Shown here one piece after another: positions 1 through 10,000 of a stretch of DNA of 60,815 nt. Under the pieces are notes generated by a model that made no database searches, was not told the origin of the DNA, and worked only from the letters and a program-made list of their open reading frames with translations. Position 1 is the stretch's first letter, and each line of letters opens with the position of its first letter. Position numbers and translations under genes: made by a program. Source of the DNA: a virus (lineage: Duplodnaviria > Caudoviricetes); IMG/VR virus record IMGVR_UViG_3300045579_000055, positions 1 to 60,815 of that record, one strand, 5' to 3'.

Positions 1-698
1 GTAATAGATGCTCCGACAGCAACAGTTCCAGCAGTTGCAGGAAGTGAGATCTCTGATGTGTAGCGACCTGTTACAAGAGCATCAGCAGTTACTGTTCCAG
101 CGGTTGCGCCACCAAGAGTAGTAACAGTTACTGTATCAGCAACAGCGTTGCCGAAAATATCTGATACATCAAGAGTTGCAGTTACCTTGCCAGAAATATT
201 TCCTGAAGCAGGGATTGACATCTTAAGATCGTATGCAGGACCTGCAACACCCTTAAGATAGATTGTTGTGCTTGCACCAGTTACAGAAACTGTAACAGCA
301 GATGCAGCAGTACTTGTTGTGTATGCATATACAGTCGCTGTTGTTGAAGCAGGCGTTACTGTAATTGATGATGATCCAGCAGATGCATTTACTGTTGAAC
401 CAATTGCAGATACGAGGCGTGTGTTAGCACCTACTGCAGTAAATGTTACTGGTGTTCCAGCAACTACTGTAGCGGTGATAAGAAGTGCTTCGTTGTTTGT
501 TGCAGTTGTGGTATCTGCAACGCTTACTACGTTGTCAGAAGGAACCTTTACTGTGAATGGTGAGGCTGCTGTACCAGAACCAGATACTTCAGTTGTTACG
601 TCTACTGAAACGGTATTGGCACTTGCAGGTGTCACTACGAGTGTGCTCGATGCCAAGGCTGCAACCATGACAAGGGCGATCTTCTTAAATGAATTCAT
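1..698 (-). CDS. Secreted Ala/Thr/Val-rich surface (S-layer/Ig-like) protein, 3' end truncated by the window edge
   Basis: Not in the ORF track. Read manually from ATG at 698 after an AGGAG RBS: MNSFKKIALVMVAALASSTLVVTPASA-NTVSVDV..., a Sec signal peptide with an AxA site. Frame is open to position 1 and rich in beta-strand T/V/A residues. Confidence 0.8.
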   Translation of the reverse strand, partial: MNSFKKIALVMVAALASSTLVVTPASANTVSVDVTTEVSGSGTAASPFTVKVPSDNVVSVADTTTATNNEALLITATVVAGTPVTFTAVGANTRLVSAIGSTVNASAGSSSITVTPASTTATVYAYTTSTAASAVTVSVTGASTTIYLKGVAGPAYDLKMSIPASGNISGKVTATLDVSDIFGNAVADTVTVTTLGGATAGTVTADALVTGRYTSEISLPATAGTVAVGASI

Positions 699-724
699 TT
701 TTCTCCTTTTATTATTCATTTGGT

Positions 725-2506
725 TTATATTGTTTTTAGCCTATCCAAATAGTCTTTAATCTCTTCTATTTGACTAGGTTTATATTGTATCACGTTCTCA
801 GGTAGTTCGTCAACTCGCTTAGGTCTATCCCTAAAAGTATGAACCTCTACCTCAGTGTCTGTATTTTTAGGGGTATAAGATATAGCCCCAAAAATAGCAC
901 CACACACAGCATCAGCCAAGTCCTTTGACTTTTTGCGTGGATGGTCAACTCTATCATTTTTCATAATCTTTAACTGGGTTAGTTCATCAAATAATAAATC
1001 AATTGCAGGCATAGCAAGTCTTTCCTCATACACGAGCATAGCCATATCCTCATAGTGCTTCTTGGCAACAGAAACAGTATCAGTTTTCATTCCAACCTGC
1101 TTGAGTTCATTCTGAATATCAAATGACTGCCAACGGTCAAAGGAAACCATTCCAATATCAAACCCAAGCCTTCTAAGGTTCTGAATCCACTGTTTAACCT
1201 CAGAAAGATTAACGGGACCTTCAACTTTTGGCTCCCACCAAGCAACGGCATCTACTACTACAATAGGTGCTACTTGTTCGTAGTTGTTGATTACTTGTAT
1301 ATTTACCCATTTTTCTACATGTGCAATTGCTACCGCACACTTGTCATGCTTTTGTGCAAGGTCAGCATGAACATAATATTTTTTAGTTGGATCTGGTTTA
1401 AATGCTTCGTCAAACCTTTTAAAATTATCTATTGGGTTTCTTAATGTCATACAGGCTCTTACTTTTTCTGCCTGCTTAAAAAATGCATCTGAAGCAAAAG
1501 TTGGTACGCATGCAAAGCGCATCATGGCATCACCAAGGTCTGTCATAAATGCAATCATAAAGTCATTAATCTTTCGTGTAGGGTTTACTTCCCATGTAGG
1601 TCTCTTTAGTGCAAATACTCCTGGATACTTATATGAAATTATATGATCTTCGTCCCACGAAATTTGAAACTTATTGTCTGGGTCTGTCTCTGGAAGCAAT
1701 GGATTAATTATGAATTCGTGTGTTCTTTCAACTGATTCTTTTTCAGCAATAACTGCATCATATCTTTCTGAGATAAAGTCTCCTGGATATCTTGGGAATG
1801 AAAGCAAAACAACCTTTCCTAAATCTGGGAAACGAGAGTCTACTGATCCACGGAAAGCCTTATATATATTGTCTGCGGTCTTTCCTTGCTCATTACCCGT
1901 TCCAACCTCAGATGCAAAACCAGAAATCTCATCAAGAACTGCAAGAAGAAGGTTTAAACCCTCATGTGATTCACGCTCTGAGTGACCAGAGTAAACAGTA
2001 ATTGATTTATCAAACTCAACTGAGTCTGCCTTAGCATTATACTTTCCAGCAAACCATGGGGACTTTTCAATCTTAGATTTAAAACCTTTAAAGAAAACAT
2101 TCTTTGCTTGTTGTGCGTTAATAGCAACATTGATAAGGTCAATAGCATCTCCAGAGGGCTTTCCAAAATACTTTGCAGGGTCTTTTAGGCATAATAGTTT
2201 ATATACTATATATGAGCATGCTACGGTTGATGTGAAGTCTTTTCCAGATCCCTTGCCAAGTTGTAGGATGATTTCATTCTTTGTGTACTTATCATAATAG
2301 CGAGTTCCTTTTTCTTCCCCCATTATGTCTATCAAATCTTCTTTACGATAAATCTGACTCATAGCCTCAACAATGTCATATTGAATATCAGACAAAGGTG
2401 GTTGGCCAAGGTAGTCTGGAGACTCAACAAAAGTCTTTGCATCTACTGGGGTTTCTTCAAAGTGATTACTTTTAAGAACTTCTAAAAAATCATCAAAGTC
2501 TGCCAT
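725..2506 (-). CDS. terL: Terminase large subunit
   Basis: Walker A GKGSGKD, Walker B AVLDE, RNase H-like nuclease motifs HADLA and KDLADA; 593 aa. Confidence 0.9.
   Translation of the reverse strand: MADFDDFLEVLKSNHFEETPVDAKTFVESPDYLGQPPLSDIQYDIVEAMSQIYRKEDLIDIMGEEKGTRYYDKYTKNEIILQLGKGSGKDFTSTVACSYIVYKLLCLKDPAKYFGKPSGDAIDLINVAINAQQAKNVFFKGFKSKIEKSPWFAGKYNAKADSVEFDKSITVYSGHSERESHEGLNLLLAVLDEISGFASEVGTGNEQGKTADNIYKAFRGSVDSRFPDLGKVVLLSFPRYPGDFISERYDAVIAEKESVERTHEFIINPLLPETDPDNKFQISWDEDHIISYKYPGVFALKRPTWEVNPTRKINDFMIAFMTDLGDAMMRFACVPTFASDAFFKQAEKVRACMTLRNPIDNFKRFDEAFKPDPTKKYYVHADLAQKHDKCAVAIAHVEKWVNIQVINNYEQVAPIVVVDAVAWWEPKVEGPVNLSEVKQWIQNLRRLGFDIGMVSFDRWQSFDIQNELKQVGMKTDTVSVAKKHYEDMAMLVYEERLAMPAIDLLFDELTQLKIMKNDRVDHPRKKSKDLADAVCGAIFGAISYTPKNTDTEVEVHTFRDRPKRVDELPENVIQYKPSQIEEIKDYLDRLKTI
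784..813 (-). promoter_or_regulatory. Sigma70/SigA-type promoter for the surface protein gene, inside the terminase 3' end
   Basis: TTGACG-N18-TACAAT with extended TG (TGATACAAT) on the minus strand. Confidence 0.65.
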
Positions 2507-3051
2507 TACTGCTCACTAATTGATTCAGATACAATCGTTACTACTTCGTTTTGCTTTGCAATAGCAGATAGTCTTTGCATGATAATGTCTCTTACTTCTG
2601 GATGTTCTGATGCTATATCTCTAAGAATTCCCACCAGAACTTCTTGTCTTCTTTCAATCTCAACCATTTCTTCTGCAAGTTCTTTGTTCTCAAGCAAGCC
2701 AGCCTTCTGTAGCATATCAATTCTTTTAGATTCAATATCCATTACAAGTTTAATTGCAGCAGTCTTTGCGCTAAGGTTATTAGTCATTGATGCTTCATCA
2801 ATAACTTCGTATGTACGAGATACCAGTTTGCTATAGTGAGTGTCTGCTGCAGCGAGTGCCTCTTTGGCACGAGCACGGATAGCGTCATTGGCAGATGCCA
2901 TAACCTTCCACTCATTAATAAGTGTTACTACTTTAGTCCTTGGGATGTCTAGTTGTTTAGAGATTACCGTAGGGTCATTTCCCTTAAGATATTCCTCTAC
3001 TACTTGATTAACTTGATCAAGATGTTTAACTAAATCATCTTCAGTTGACAT
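2506..3051 (-). CDS. Putative terminase small subunit
   Basis: N-terminal HTH-like segment (PTVISKQLDIPRTKV) plus helical region; directly upstream of and abutting terL. Confidence 0.55.
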   Translation of the reverse strand: MSTEDDLVKHLDQVNQVVEEYLKGNDPTVISKQLDIPRTKVVTLINEWKVMASANDAIRARAKEALAAADTHYSKLVSRTYEVIDEASMTNNLSAKTAAIKLVMDIESKRIDMLQKAGLLENKELAEEMVEIERRQEVLVGILRDIASEHPEVRDIIMQRLSAIAKQNEVVTIVSESISEQ

Positions 3052-3313
3052 TGCTTAATTCCCTTGCTATCTTTAAAAGTATAAGATAACCAATTAAGTC
3101 ATCTAAATCGTTATCGCCGACAAAAGATCCGCCTCTAGTTATTCTAGAAAGTTTGTCGTCAATACGAACATGTAGTTGCTCTACGCTATCTGATGTAGCA
3201 AAAACCCTGACAGGATTTAGGGCAGAGTCACCATAAGATTTATTTTTTGCAATAAGCATCTCTTTGATTTCATCACAAACCTGAGCAATAGTAAACTGTG
3301 TCTCAGAACTCAT
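3041..3313 (-). CDS. DUF1599/nucleotide-modification-associated-like helical protein
   Basis: KNKSYGDS...RIDDKLSRI...DDLIGYLIL pattern. Start placed at ATG 3313 after GAGGAGG. Confidence 0.6.
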   Translation of the reverse strand: MSSETQFTIAQVCDEIKEMLIAKNKSYGDSALNPVRVFATSDSVEQLHVRIDDKLSRITRGGSFVGDNDLDDLIGYLILLKIARELSNVN

Positions 3314-3437
3314 CTTTATCCTCCTCATCACTTAAATCAAAAATGTCTGGAAAGTTTTTAAAGGAATTAATAACATAGGCTATACCTACGGAACTAGCCA
3401 CGGTAATGGCCAAAATAATCTTTTTTGTTTTACTCAT
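3303..3437 (-). CDS. Small membrane protein (44 aa)
   Basis: Manual translation MSKTKKIILAITVASSVGIAYVINSFKNFPDIFDLSDEEDKDEF; one hydrophobic stretch; start overlaps the upstream stop (ATGA). Confidence 0.55.
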   Translation of the reverse strand: MSKTKKIILAITVASSVGIAYVINSFKNFPDIFDLSDEEDKDEF

Positions 3438-3589
3438 CGTTTAGACTTCCTTAATCCAAATTTTGCAAGATACACATAAATAGTTTCCACGCTTGCCCCA
3501 CACTCCTTTGCAATCTCGTCTGGAGTCTTTTTGTCCATAAGATAACGCTTACGCATAAAGACTTCTGATGTATATAGTTTAGCAGCCAT
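3434..3589 (-). CDS. Small helix-turn-helix DNA-binding protein (51 aa)
   Basis: Manual translation MAAKLYTSEVFMRKRYLMDKKTPDEIAKECGASVETIYVYLAKFGLRKSKR; EIAKECGASVETIY is a typical HTH. Confidence 0.7.
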   Translation of the reverse strand: MAAKLYTSEVFMRKRYLMDKKTPDEIAKECGASVETIYVYLAKFGLRKSKR

Positions 3590-3604
3590 GATGTTATTTG
3601 TCAA
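3576..3604 (-). promoter_or_regulatory. Near-consensus promoter overlapping the ruvC stop and HTH gene start
   Basis: TTGACA-N17-TAAACT with extended TG. Confidence 0.65.
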
Positions 3605-4184
3605 CTCCTATTGCCTTACCCCAGTTTTTTAGTGCCCAATGCCCAATGCCACATGCATCTGCGACATCGTTATCTGTAATAGTTCTGTCATATATAGTAT
3701 TAATAAACTTAATTGTTCTTTCTTTACGAAGATTTCTTTCATAGGTTTTATACCAAGACTCTGACTTTCCTGGGTGCTGAGAACGAATAAATAGTTGTTC
3801 ATCTTTTGATATTTTTTTATTTCCTATATAGTTTTGCCAAGTTATTGGAGAAACTTTTCCAATAGTCTTGGTTCCAGTCTGTCCTGCTGATCCAAGTATT
3901 GCTCCTTGCACTAATGCAAGATCTGCAGCAGTTTTAGGACTATTCATAAATACCGTATGCTCAATAACTATTGCTTCAAACCCTTCGTATATATCAAAAA
4001 ATGCTTTTACCTTTTTACCTGCATCCATAACCTTTTCATATATGTCATTACCTTGAAAGTTTATTTTTCCTACAGTTTTTAAATTTTCTTCCTCAAACAA
4101 AGCAAAAGCAAGACTGTTAGTACTGGCATCAATAGCACAGATGGTATGTGGCTTTAGTTCTAGCCCCCATTTATTTTTTACCAT
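3594..4184 (-). CDS. ruvC: RuvC-like Holliday junction resolvase
   Basis: CAIDASTNSLAFA, VIEH and NDVADACGIG match the RNase H-fold RuvC acidic residues. Confidence 0.8.
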   Translation of the reverse strand: MVKNKWGLELKPHTICAIDASTNSLAFALFEEENLKTVGKINFQGNDIYEKVMDAGKKVKAFFDIYEGFEAIVIEHTVFMNSPKTAADLALVQGAILGSAGQTGTKTIGKVSPITWQNYIGNKKISKDEQLFIRSQHPGKSESWYKTYERNLRKERTIKFINTIYDRTITDNDVADACGIGHWALKNWGKAIGVDK

Positions 4185-4455
4185 CTGTTTTATCCTTAAT
4201 CTTTTTTATTGCTTTGCTTACTGCGTCTGGATTTACCGAACAAGATGAGCATACTGCAAAATCATTGTATATTGATAGTGGCATAGAGCAAGACTTGCAC
4301 AGCCTAGTCTTTCCTTTTCTTTTTGCTCTTTTTGATTGCATATACCTTGCAGCAATTTTTTCTTTTGTTGCAAGTTCTCTACATTCAACAGAACAGTATA
4401 TCTGGTAAGATACAGATTGAGAAAATTGTTTATCGCAAAAGTTACAATGTCTCAC
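4171..4455 (-). CDS. Cys-rich zinc-binding hypothetical protein
   Basis: Four Cys pairs: CNFC, CSVEC, CKSC, CSSC. Confidence 0.6.
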   Translation of the reverse strand: MRHCNFCDKQFSQSVSYQIYCSVECRELATKEKIAARYMQSKRAKRKGKTRLCKSCSMPLSIYNDFAVCSSCSVNPDAVSKAIKKIKDKTDGKK

Positions 4456-5257
4456 TTAGAATCTCCAGGGGTGCAATCTTTATTACACCTTGTCCTGCAG
4501 ACTCACATGCTTTTCTAATTGGGCATGACTTGCATATCTTGGAATTAGATCTATAGTTCTTGCTTGGCAAAGTTTTATCTTCCCAAGCCTTTCGAACTGT
4601 TCTCATCCAATCAAATGCCTGGTCTACCCACCGACGGTAATGATCGTTTACTTCTACGGGAATCAAAAGAAGTTCATGATTGTTTTTGTTTTCATAAATC
4701 ATAACACCCTTTGGCCGTTTTAATATTTTCATATAGATAAGCAATTGCATTAAGTGACCAGTCTTGGCCTTTCCTGATGCCTTTCTATATTCAAATCCTT
4801 CATTCATCATTGTTTTAATTTCACCAATGAGTTCTTCTCCTTGCCAATCAAGCATAACATCCCCATATCCAAAGATAGGTGGATCATCATGCCTAATCTT
4901 AAATTCAGTAGTTTCGTTATTATCTTCATCACGATATACTTTCGCTACCCCAGAGTCTATCATTGCTGCCTGGATTCTTGCATGTGATAGAGTACCAGCA
5001 GTCATGTTTGCTGCAGCATAGGCGTCAGCATTGTCTTCAAATGTCTGCCCATCAAAAGCAAGGTACCAATATCTAGCACACTCTCCATGGCCGTAAGCAA
5101 TAGTAGAAGGAGCAAAAGTCTTTTTGACTGTGTGCTTGTCTACTCTTTTAATGGTATACCCCTCCCTGATTTTTTCAACAAGGGCATCAACATTCATCGA
5201 ATGAACTGGTTTTTCTTCTGGCTTTATCATAACTGTATGTAGTAAATTTTTTGTCAT
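4442..5257 (-). CDS. cas4: Cas4-like PD-(D/E)XK exonuclease (standalone)
   Basis: N-terminal CARYWY, GD...GEIKT, QLLIY, and C-terminal CKSCPIRKAC (Fe-S ligand pattern). Confidence 0.8.
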   Translation of the reverse strand: MTKNLLHTVMIKPEEKPVHSMNVDALVEKIREGYTIKRVDKHTVKKTFAPSTIAYGHGECARYWYLAFDGQTFEDNADAYAAANMTAGTLSHARIQAAMIDSGVAKVYRDEDNNETTEFKIRHDDPPIFGYGDVMLDWQGEELIGEIKTMMNEGFEYRKASGKAKTGHLMQLLIYMKILKRPKGVMIYENKNNHELLLIPVEVNDHYRRWVDQAFDWMRTVRKAWEDKTLPSKNYRSNSKICKSCPIRKACESAGQGVIKIAPLEILSETL

Positions 5258-5291
5258 TATATCTCTTTTCTAGTACTATAAGTATAGCAGA

Positions 5292-5597
5292 TTATCGAAT
5301 TATATACTTTAGAGCAGACACAAGATTGTTAATTGACTCCGCTGCAGTATAGTAAAGATTCTTTTTTCCCCTGTCAGATTTGTCAACATTGGCCATCCAG
5401 GTAGCCTTTAATGACATCTTTGCAGCGATTGCTTGTAGGCGAACTATTTCGACTGTTGCCACATTAAGTGGTATGTCTGGCTTAATAATAATCTTGGCTA
5501 TAAAGGTAAGGGCTGTAGTCAACTCCTCATCCTGCATGTAGTCTGCTATTTCTGCCAAACCATTTACCATCTCTATTGTTGTCTGTTGCTGTTCCAT
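5292..5597 (-). CDS. Hypothetical protein
   Basis: 101-aa helical ORF in the operon, abutting its upstream neighbour. Confidence 0.65.
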   Translation of the reverse strand: MEQQQTTIEMVNGLAEIADYMQDEELTTALTFIAKIIIKPDIPLNVATVEIVRLQAIAAKMSLKATWMANVDKSDRGKKNLYYTAAESINNLVSALKYIIR

Positions 5598-5878
5598 TAT
5601 TCCTCCATCATGTCTTCTAGTATGCTCATCTCAATTATAGCAAGTCTTACCTTGGCATTACCCTCGCCGATTACGACTACGATGGCTGGATCCTTGCCAT
5701 TTTTCATGGCATCCGTAGTAGCCTTAGCCCAAACCTCTTTATTTAAGGTAAAAGATTTTCCAACTTCTTTAAAGTCTACGACAAAAGTTTTCCAGGAAGC
5801 ATCGCCTTTTTGGGTATTGCGTCCAGAATTCTTGTGCTGTTTGGCACCAATTCTTTTGCTTTCGCTTTTCTCAGTCAT
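5597..5878 (-). CDS. Putative PD-(D/E)XK Holliday-junction-resolvase-like nuclease
   Basis: NSGR...KGDA...VDFKE pattern resembling small phage resolvases. Confidence 0.55.
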   Translation of the reverse strand: MTEKSESKRIGAKQHKNSGRNTQKGDASWKTFVVDFKEVGKSFTLNKEVWAKATTDAMKNGKDPAIVVVIGEGNAKVRLAIIEMSILEDMMEE

Positions 5879-6047
5879 CTTTTTTTACTTTCTTATATCC
5901 TTTTTTAAATAACATTACTTCTGATAAATGTTTTTCTGAGCACATCCAAGACGCCATACCAGTTTCCATATAAACCCTCATGGTTTTTACTTCTTTTTTG
6001 CAAGTCTTACAAGGAAACTTTCCTTCGTATATGCTGTAGTTAGTCAT
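5871..6047 (-). CDS. Small zinc-ribbon protein (58 aa)
   Basis: Manual translation MTNYSIYEGKFPCKTCKK...WMCSEKH...KKDD; CxxC/CxxxH; overlaps both neighbours by 8 nt. Confidence 0.6.
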   Translation of the reverse strand: MTNYSIYEGKFPCKTCKKEVKTMRVYMETGMASWMCSEKHLSEVMLFKKGYKKVKKDD

Positions 6048-7050
6048 TTAACCTAGACTTAATTGATTCTTGCAAGTCAAGATCCTCTCTTACTCGATTA
6101 ACAAATGCTTCTTTACCCTGAACTTTTGTGCCATCAGGAAGTATGTACCATGCTCCTGTACGCTCTACAATACCGTTTAGTTCTGCTGTAGTAACCAGAT
6201 CACCAATGGTATCAAGACCAATATCGTCACCTCTAAAGTAAAAATCATACTCACCAGACTGGAACCCTGGAGAGGTTTTGGAGAATTGGAGTTCCCACTT
6301 AATAGTTCTACCAATTTTTTCTTCAATTAATTTATCTCCTACCTTGATCTTGCCCTTAATCGCTTGATTGTCTGACTCTGAAGAAAAGAGTTTAATAATA
6401 CATGAGGAATAAAACTTAGTAGCCTGACCACCAGAAGGCTGCTGGCTAGTATACATAGCATTGATATTGTTACGAGACTGAGAAATAAGAACAAGCAGAG
6501 TTGGCTTAACTTTATTGTTTGCATAGTTAAGCATTTTCCATGCGTTACTAAAGTCACGAGATTCGGCTCCAATCTGTTTAGTGTTTTCTAATGCTTTCAT
6601 TTCATCTGTATCTTTTTCAAAATAGATTGCAGGAAGCATTGATGTAATAGAGTCTACCACAATTAGATCAACTCCAGCATTCATTAATCCGACACCTACG
6701 TCTACCATGTCGCTAATAGTTCTTGCTTGTGAGTAGATTAGTTTCTCTGGATCTACCCCAAGAGTTCTGGCCCAGTCTTCTGAATATGACATCTCTGAGT
6801 CAATCCACGCACACAACTTGCCTTCTGCTTGAGCAAGAGCAATCATTTGAAGACACATAGAAGACTTTGCAGAGGACTTAGATCCCCAGATAAGTACCTG
6901 TCTGCCGTAAGGAAGTCCACCGCCAAGGGCACGGTTTAAACCAAAACTTGGTGTGGGCTGATACTCATAGTTGATACCTACACCACTGCCCAATCTTTTT
7001 CTTAACTTGGGGTCTAACTGTGCTAACGCTTCTTCTATACTAACTGACAT
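6040..7050 (-). CDS. recA: RecA-like recombinase
   Basis: LNRALGGGLPYGR, Walker A GSKSSAKS, IVVDS, GGQATKFYSS, GAWY. Confidence 0.92.
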   Translation of the reverse strand: MSVSIEEALAQLDPKLRKRLGSGVGINYEYQPTPSFGLNRALGGGLPYGRQVLIWGSKSSAKSSMCLQMIALAQAEGKLCAWIDSEMSYSEDWARTLGVDPEKLIYSQARTISDMVDVGVGLMNAGVDLIVVDSITSMLPAIYFEKDTDEMKALENTKQIGAESRDFSNAWKMLNYANNKVKPTLLVLISQSRNNINAMYTSQQPSGGQATKFYSSCIIKLFSSESDNQAIKGKIKVGDKLIEEKIGRTIKWELQFSKTSPGFQSGEYDFYFRGDDIGLDTIGDLVTTAELNGIVERTGAWYILPDGTKVQGKEAFVNRVREDLDLQESIKSRLND

Positions 7051-10000
7051 GTACATCCTCCAATGTTACGGTTCCGTCTTTAGTCTTGCCAAAATCAAAC
7101 TTGTAATACTTTCCTTCTTCAATATGCATGTATGCTTTTGGAAATGATGTTGGAAACACTGTAATCGAATGAAGATCTCTCTTTGTGTCTGCCAGTGTAA
7201 GCGACGCCATTTTCTTTCCAGCCTTAGTAACTCTTGGTTTAAAAGAAACCACAAACATTTCATCATCTTTAAATGGCAATTGCTTGTATCCTAAAAACTT
7301 TACAAGAGCATGCGATGATTCTTTTATTTCTTCAGATGGTATGAAAGATACAATCCGATTATCATTACAAAGAACCAAATAAGAACGACCCGTCTCAATA
7401 GCGGTATTTTCATCATCAAATATACCGACAGACCCAGTCTTGTCCAAAATTTCAACTCGTGACCATCCTGTTCCCCTCTTAATAGATTTTACCATACCCA
7501 TAAAAATATATGAGCCTTTTTCTTCAAAGTCAACAATGTCCTGAATAAATGCATAGTAATGGGATGGAATGGTAATATTAAACTCTGGAAGGTTTAAAAA
7601 CTCATAAAGATTTTCTTTAATTGCTTTATCATCTCTTGGATTGTCTGGAAATGTTGCTGCACCAATAGCCTTTAGTGCCTGAAGGGCTCTACTGTTTACA
7701 CCATTTCCCTTAGTAAATGTGAACGCTTCAAGTTCTGCATAAGACTTAAAAGGTCGTGCCTGTATATATCGTTCTGCAATCTTATCAGATATAAATTTGA
7801 TTGCCGTGAGTCCGAACCGAATACCCTTACCCTCAATTTTAAAATCAATATCCGAATCATTAATGTGAGGTAGTTTAACGCTAATCCCCATTCTTTTCGC
7901 TTCAATAAGATATTCAGTTCTCGCATCTTTGTCCTTTTCATTTTTTAGCACTGAGTACATAAACTCAAGTGGATAATAATACTTTAACCACGCTGTCCAG
8001 TATGACAGAGTTGAATATGCTACTGCGTGAGACTTGTTAAATGAATACCCTGCGTGGGCCTCAAAGTCATGCCACAAATCTAGAGCAGCATGTGGTGTAA
8101 TGTACTTGGATGCACCCGCTACAAATTTTTCCTTAAACTGATCAAATTCTTTAGCATCCTTTTTCTTTCCAATGATCTTTCTAACTTTATCTGCTTCCGA
8201 CATGGACATACCGCCAAGGTGTACGCATGCTTGCATAACTTGTTCCTGGTAAAGAATACAGCCATAGGTGTCCTCCGTAAATTCTTTTAATACTTGATGA
8301 ATGTAGGATATGTTTTGTCTACCGTGTTTACGATCAACATAATCTTTTCCAATTGTGTTCATTGCACCTGGACGGACAAGAGCATTGGATGCTGCAAGTT
8401 CGTTTAAGTTTTTAACGCCCATCTTTACAAGAAGGTTTGTGTATGGTGCTGCTTCACACTGAAACACTCCCTTTGTGTGGCCGTCAGAAAGCATTTGATA
8501 AACATTGGCATCATCCATTTTAATCTTAAGAAGATTTATCTTTTTGCCATCTCGCTCTTTGATTATATCAATTGTGTCTTTAAGAACTGACAAAGTTTTA
8601 AGTCCAAGAGCATCAATTTTAATTAAACCAATTCTTTCTGCTTCTTCCATGTCAACGCCAACAACAGGAATTCTTTCATCAGAACCAGTAGACGATCTAG
8701 TTTCAAGTGGTGCGTATCTAAAGATTGGTTCTTTGCTTGTTACTACGCCTGCTGCGTGAATACCTGTACCACGAATACGACCACGAAGTTGCTCTCCATA
8801 AATCTCTACTTCTGGATATTTTTCACGAAACTCATATGTTGATTTTGATGTACAGAAATCATCCCATGAGTCTACAGTCTTTAATACCTTATTAACATCT
8901 GACAAAGGGATGTTGAGAACTCGTGCAACATCTCTAACAATTCCTTTACCAGTAAACTCAAGGAAGGTGGCAATGGAAGCAACATGTCGATACTGTCTAA
9001 CTAGATAGTCTTTTACTTCTTCACGACGAGTATCTTGAATGTCTGTATCAATATCTGGAAAGTCATTACGCTCTGGATTAATAAAACGGAAGAACAAAAG
9101 ATTATGCTCAATAGGGTCAATATCTGTAATTCCTAAAGCATAACAAACAAGAGAACCAGCAGAAGAACCTCTTCCTGGACCAACCAAAATCTCTTCTTTC
9201 TTTGCCCAGTTAATCATGTTGCTAACAACCAAAAAGTATGGGGCAAACTTTTTGTCTTTAATAATCTGTAACTCTTCTTCAAGTCTATCAAGGTACTCTT
9301 GGTTTTCTGACAAACCACGCTCTACCAAACCTTCTAGCGCAACCTTTGCAAGTTCCTTATCAGGACTTTTATACTGTACTGGTAGAAGGTTTAATCCTTC
9401 TTGAATGCCATAGTCTCCTACTGTATCTGCTAGTAGAAGTGTGTTTGAGTAGATATCTGGTCGATCAATACCCTGCGATTCCATCGCTGCTTTAATCTCT
9501 TCATATGAGAGCAAGTGGATGTCAAACTTATTAAATGTTATCTGACGGTCTTCGCCATATAGATAATCAAGGCGTTCCATCATGTCTTTTTTCTTTTTTG
9601 ATTTTTCATATGTTGCATCTTTTTCAAACTTGCCGTGGGTATTCATAAGCAACTTAAACTCTTGAATTTCTTTTTGTGATGGGTCAACATGATGGCAGTC
9701 TGGTGTAACAATAACCTTAATGCCAAACTCATCAGCAAGTTCGATTAAATATTTATTAATGTGGGCTTCGTTGTGAGGCATGACTTCAATATAATAGTCA
9801 TCGGCAAATCTTTCTTTGAACCAAGAAATGTACTTCTTGGCGAGAGCAAACTCTTCTTCTTCTAATGCTTTTACGAGTACGCTACTTGGGCAAGCAGAAG
9901 AAACAATGATTCCCTCTTTATATTTTTCTAATATAGCAAAATCAAACCTTGGCTTCTTAAAGAAACCATCTGTCCAAGATAGTTCACTGATCTTATTTAA

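Noticed and set aside
268-759. 163-aa plus-strand ORF
   Set aside because: Antisense shadow of the minus-strand surface protein gene, which has an RBS, promoter and signal peptide.
4442-5257. Cas4 as evidence for a CRISPR-Cas system
   Set aside because: Standalone Cas4-like nucleases are common in phage recombination modules; no array or other cas genes are present.
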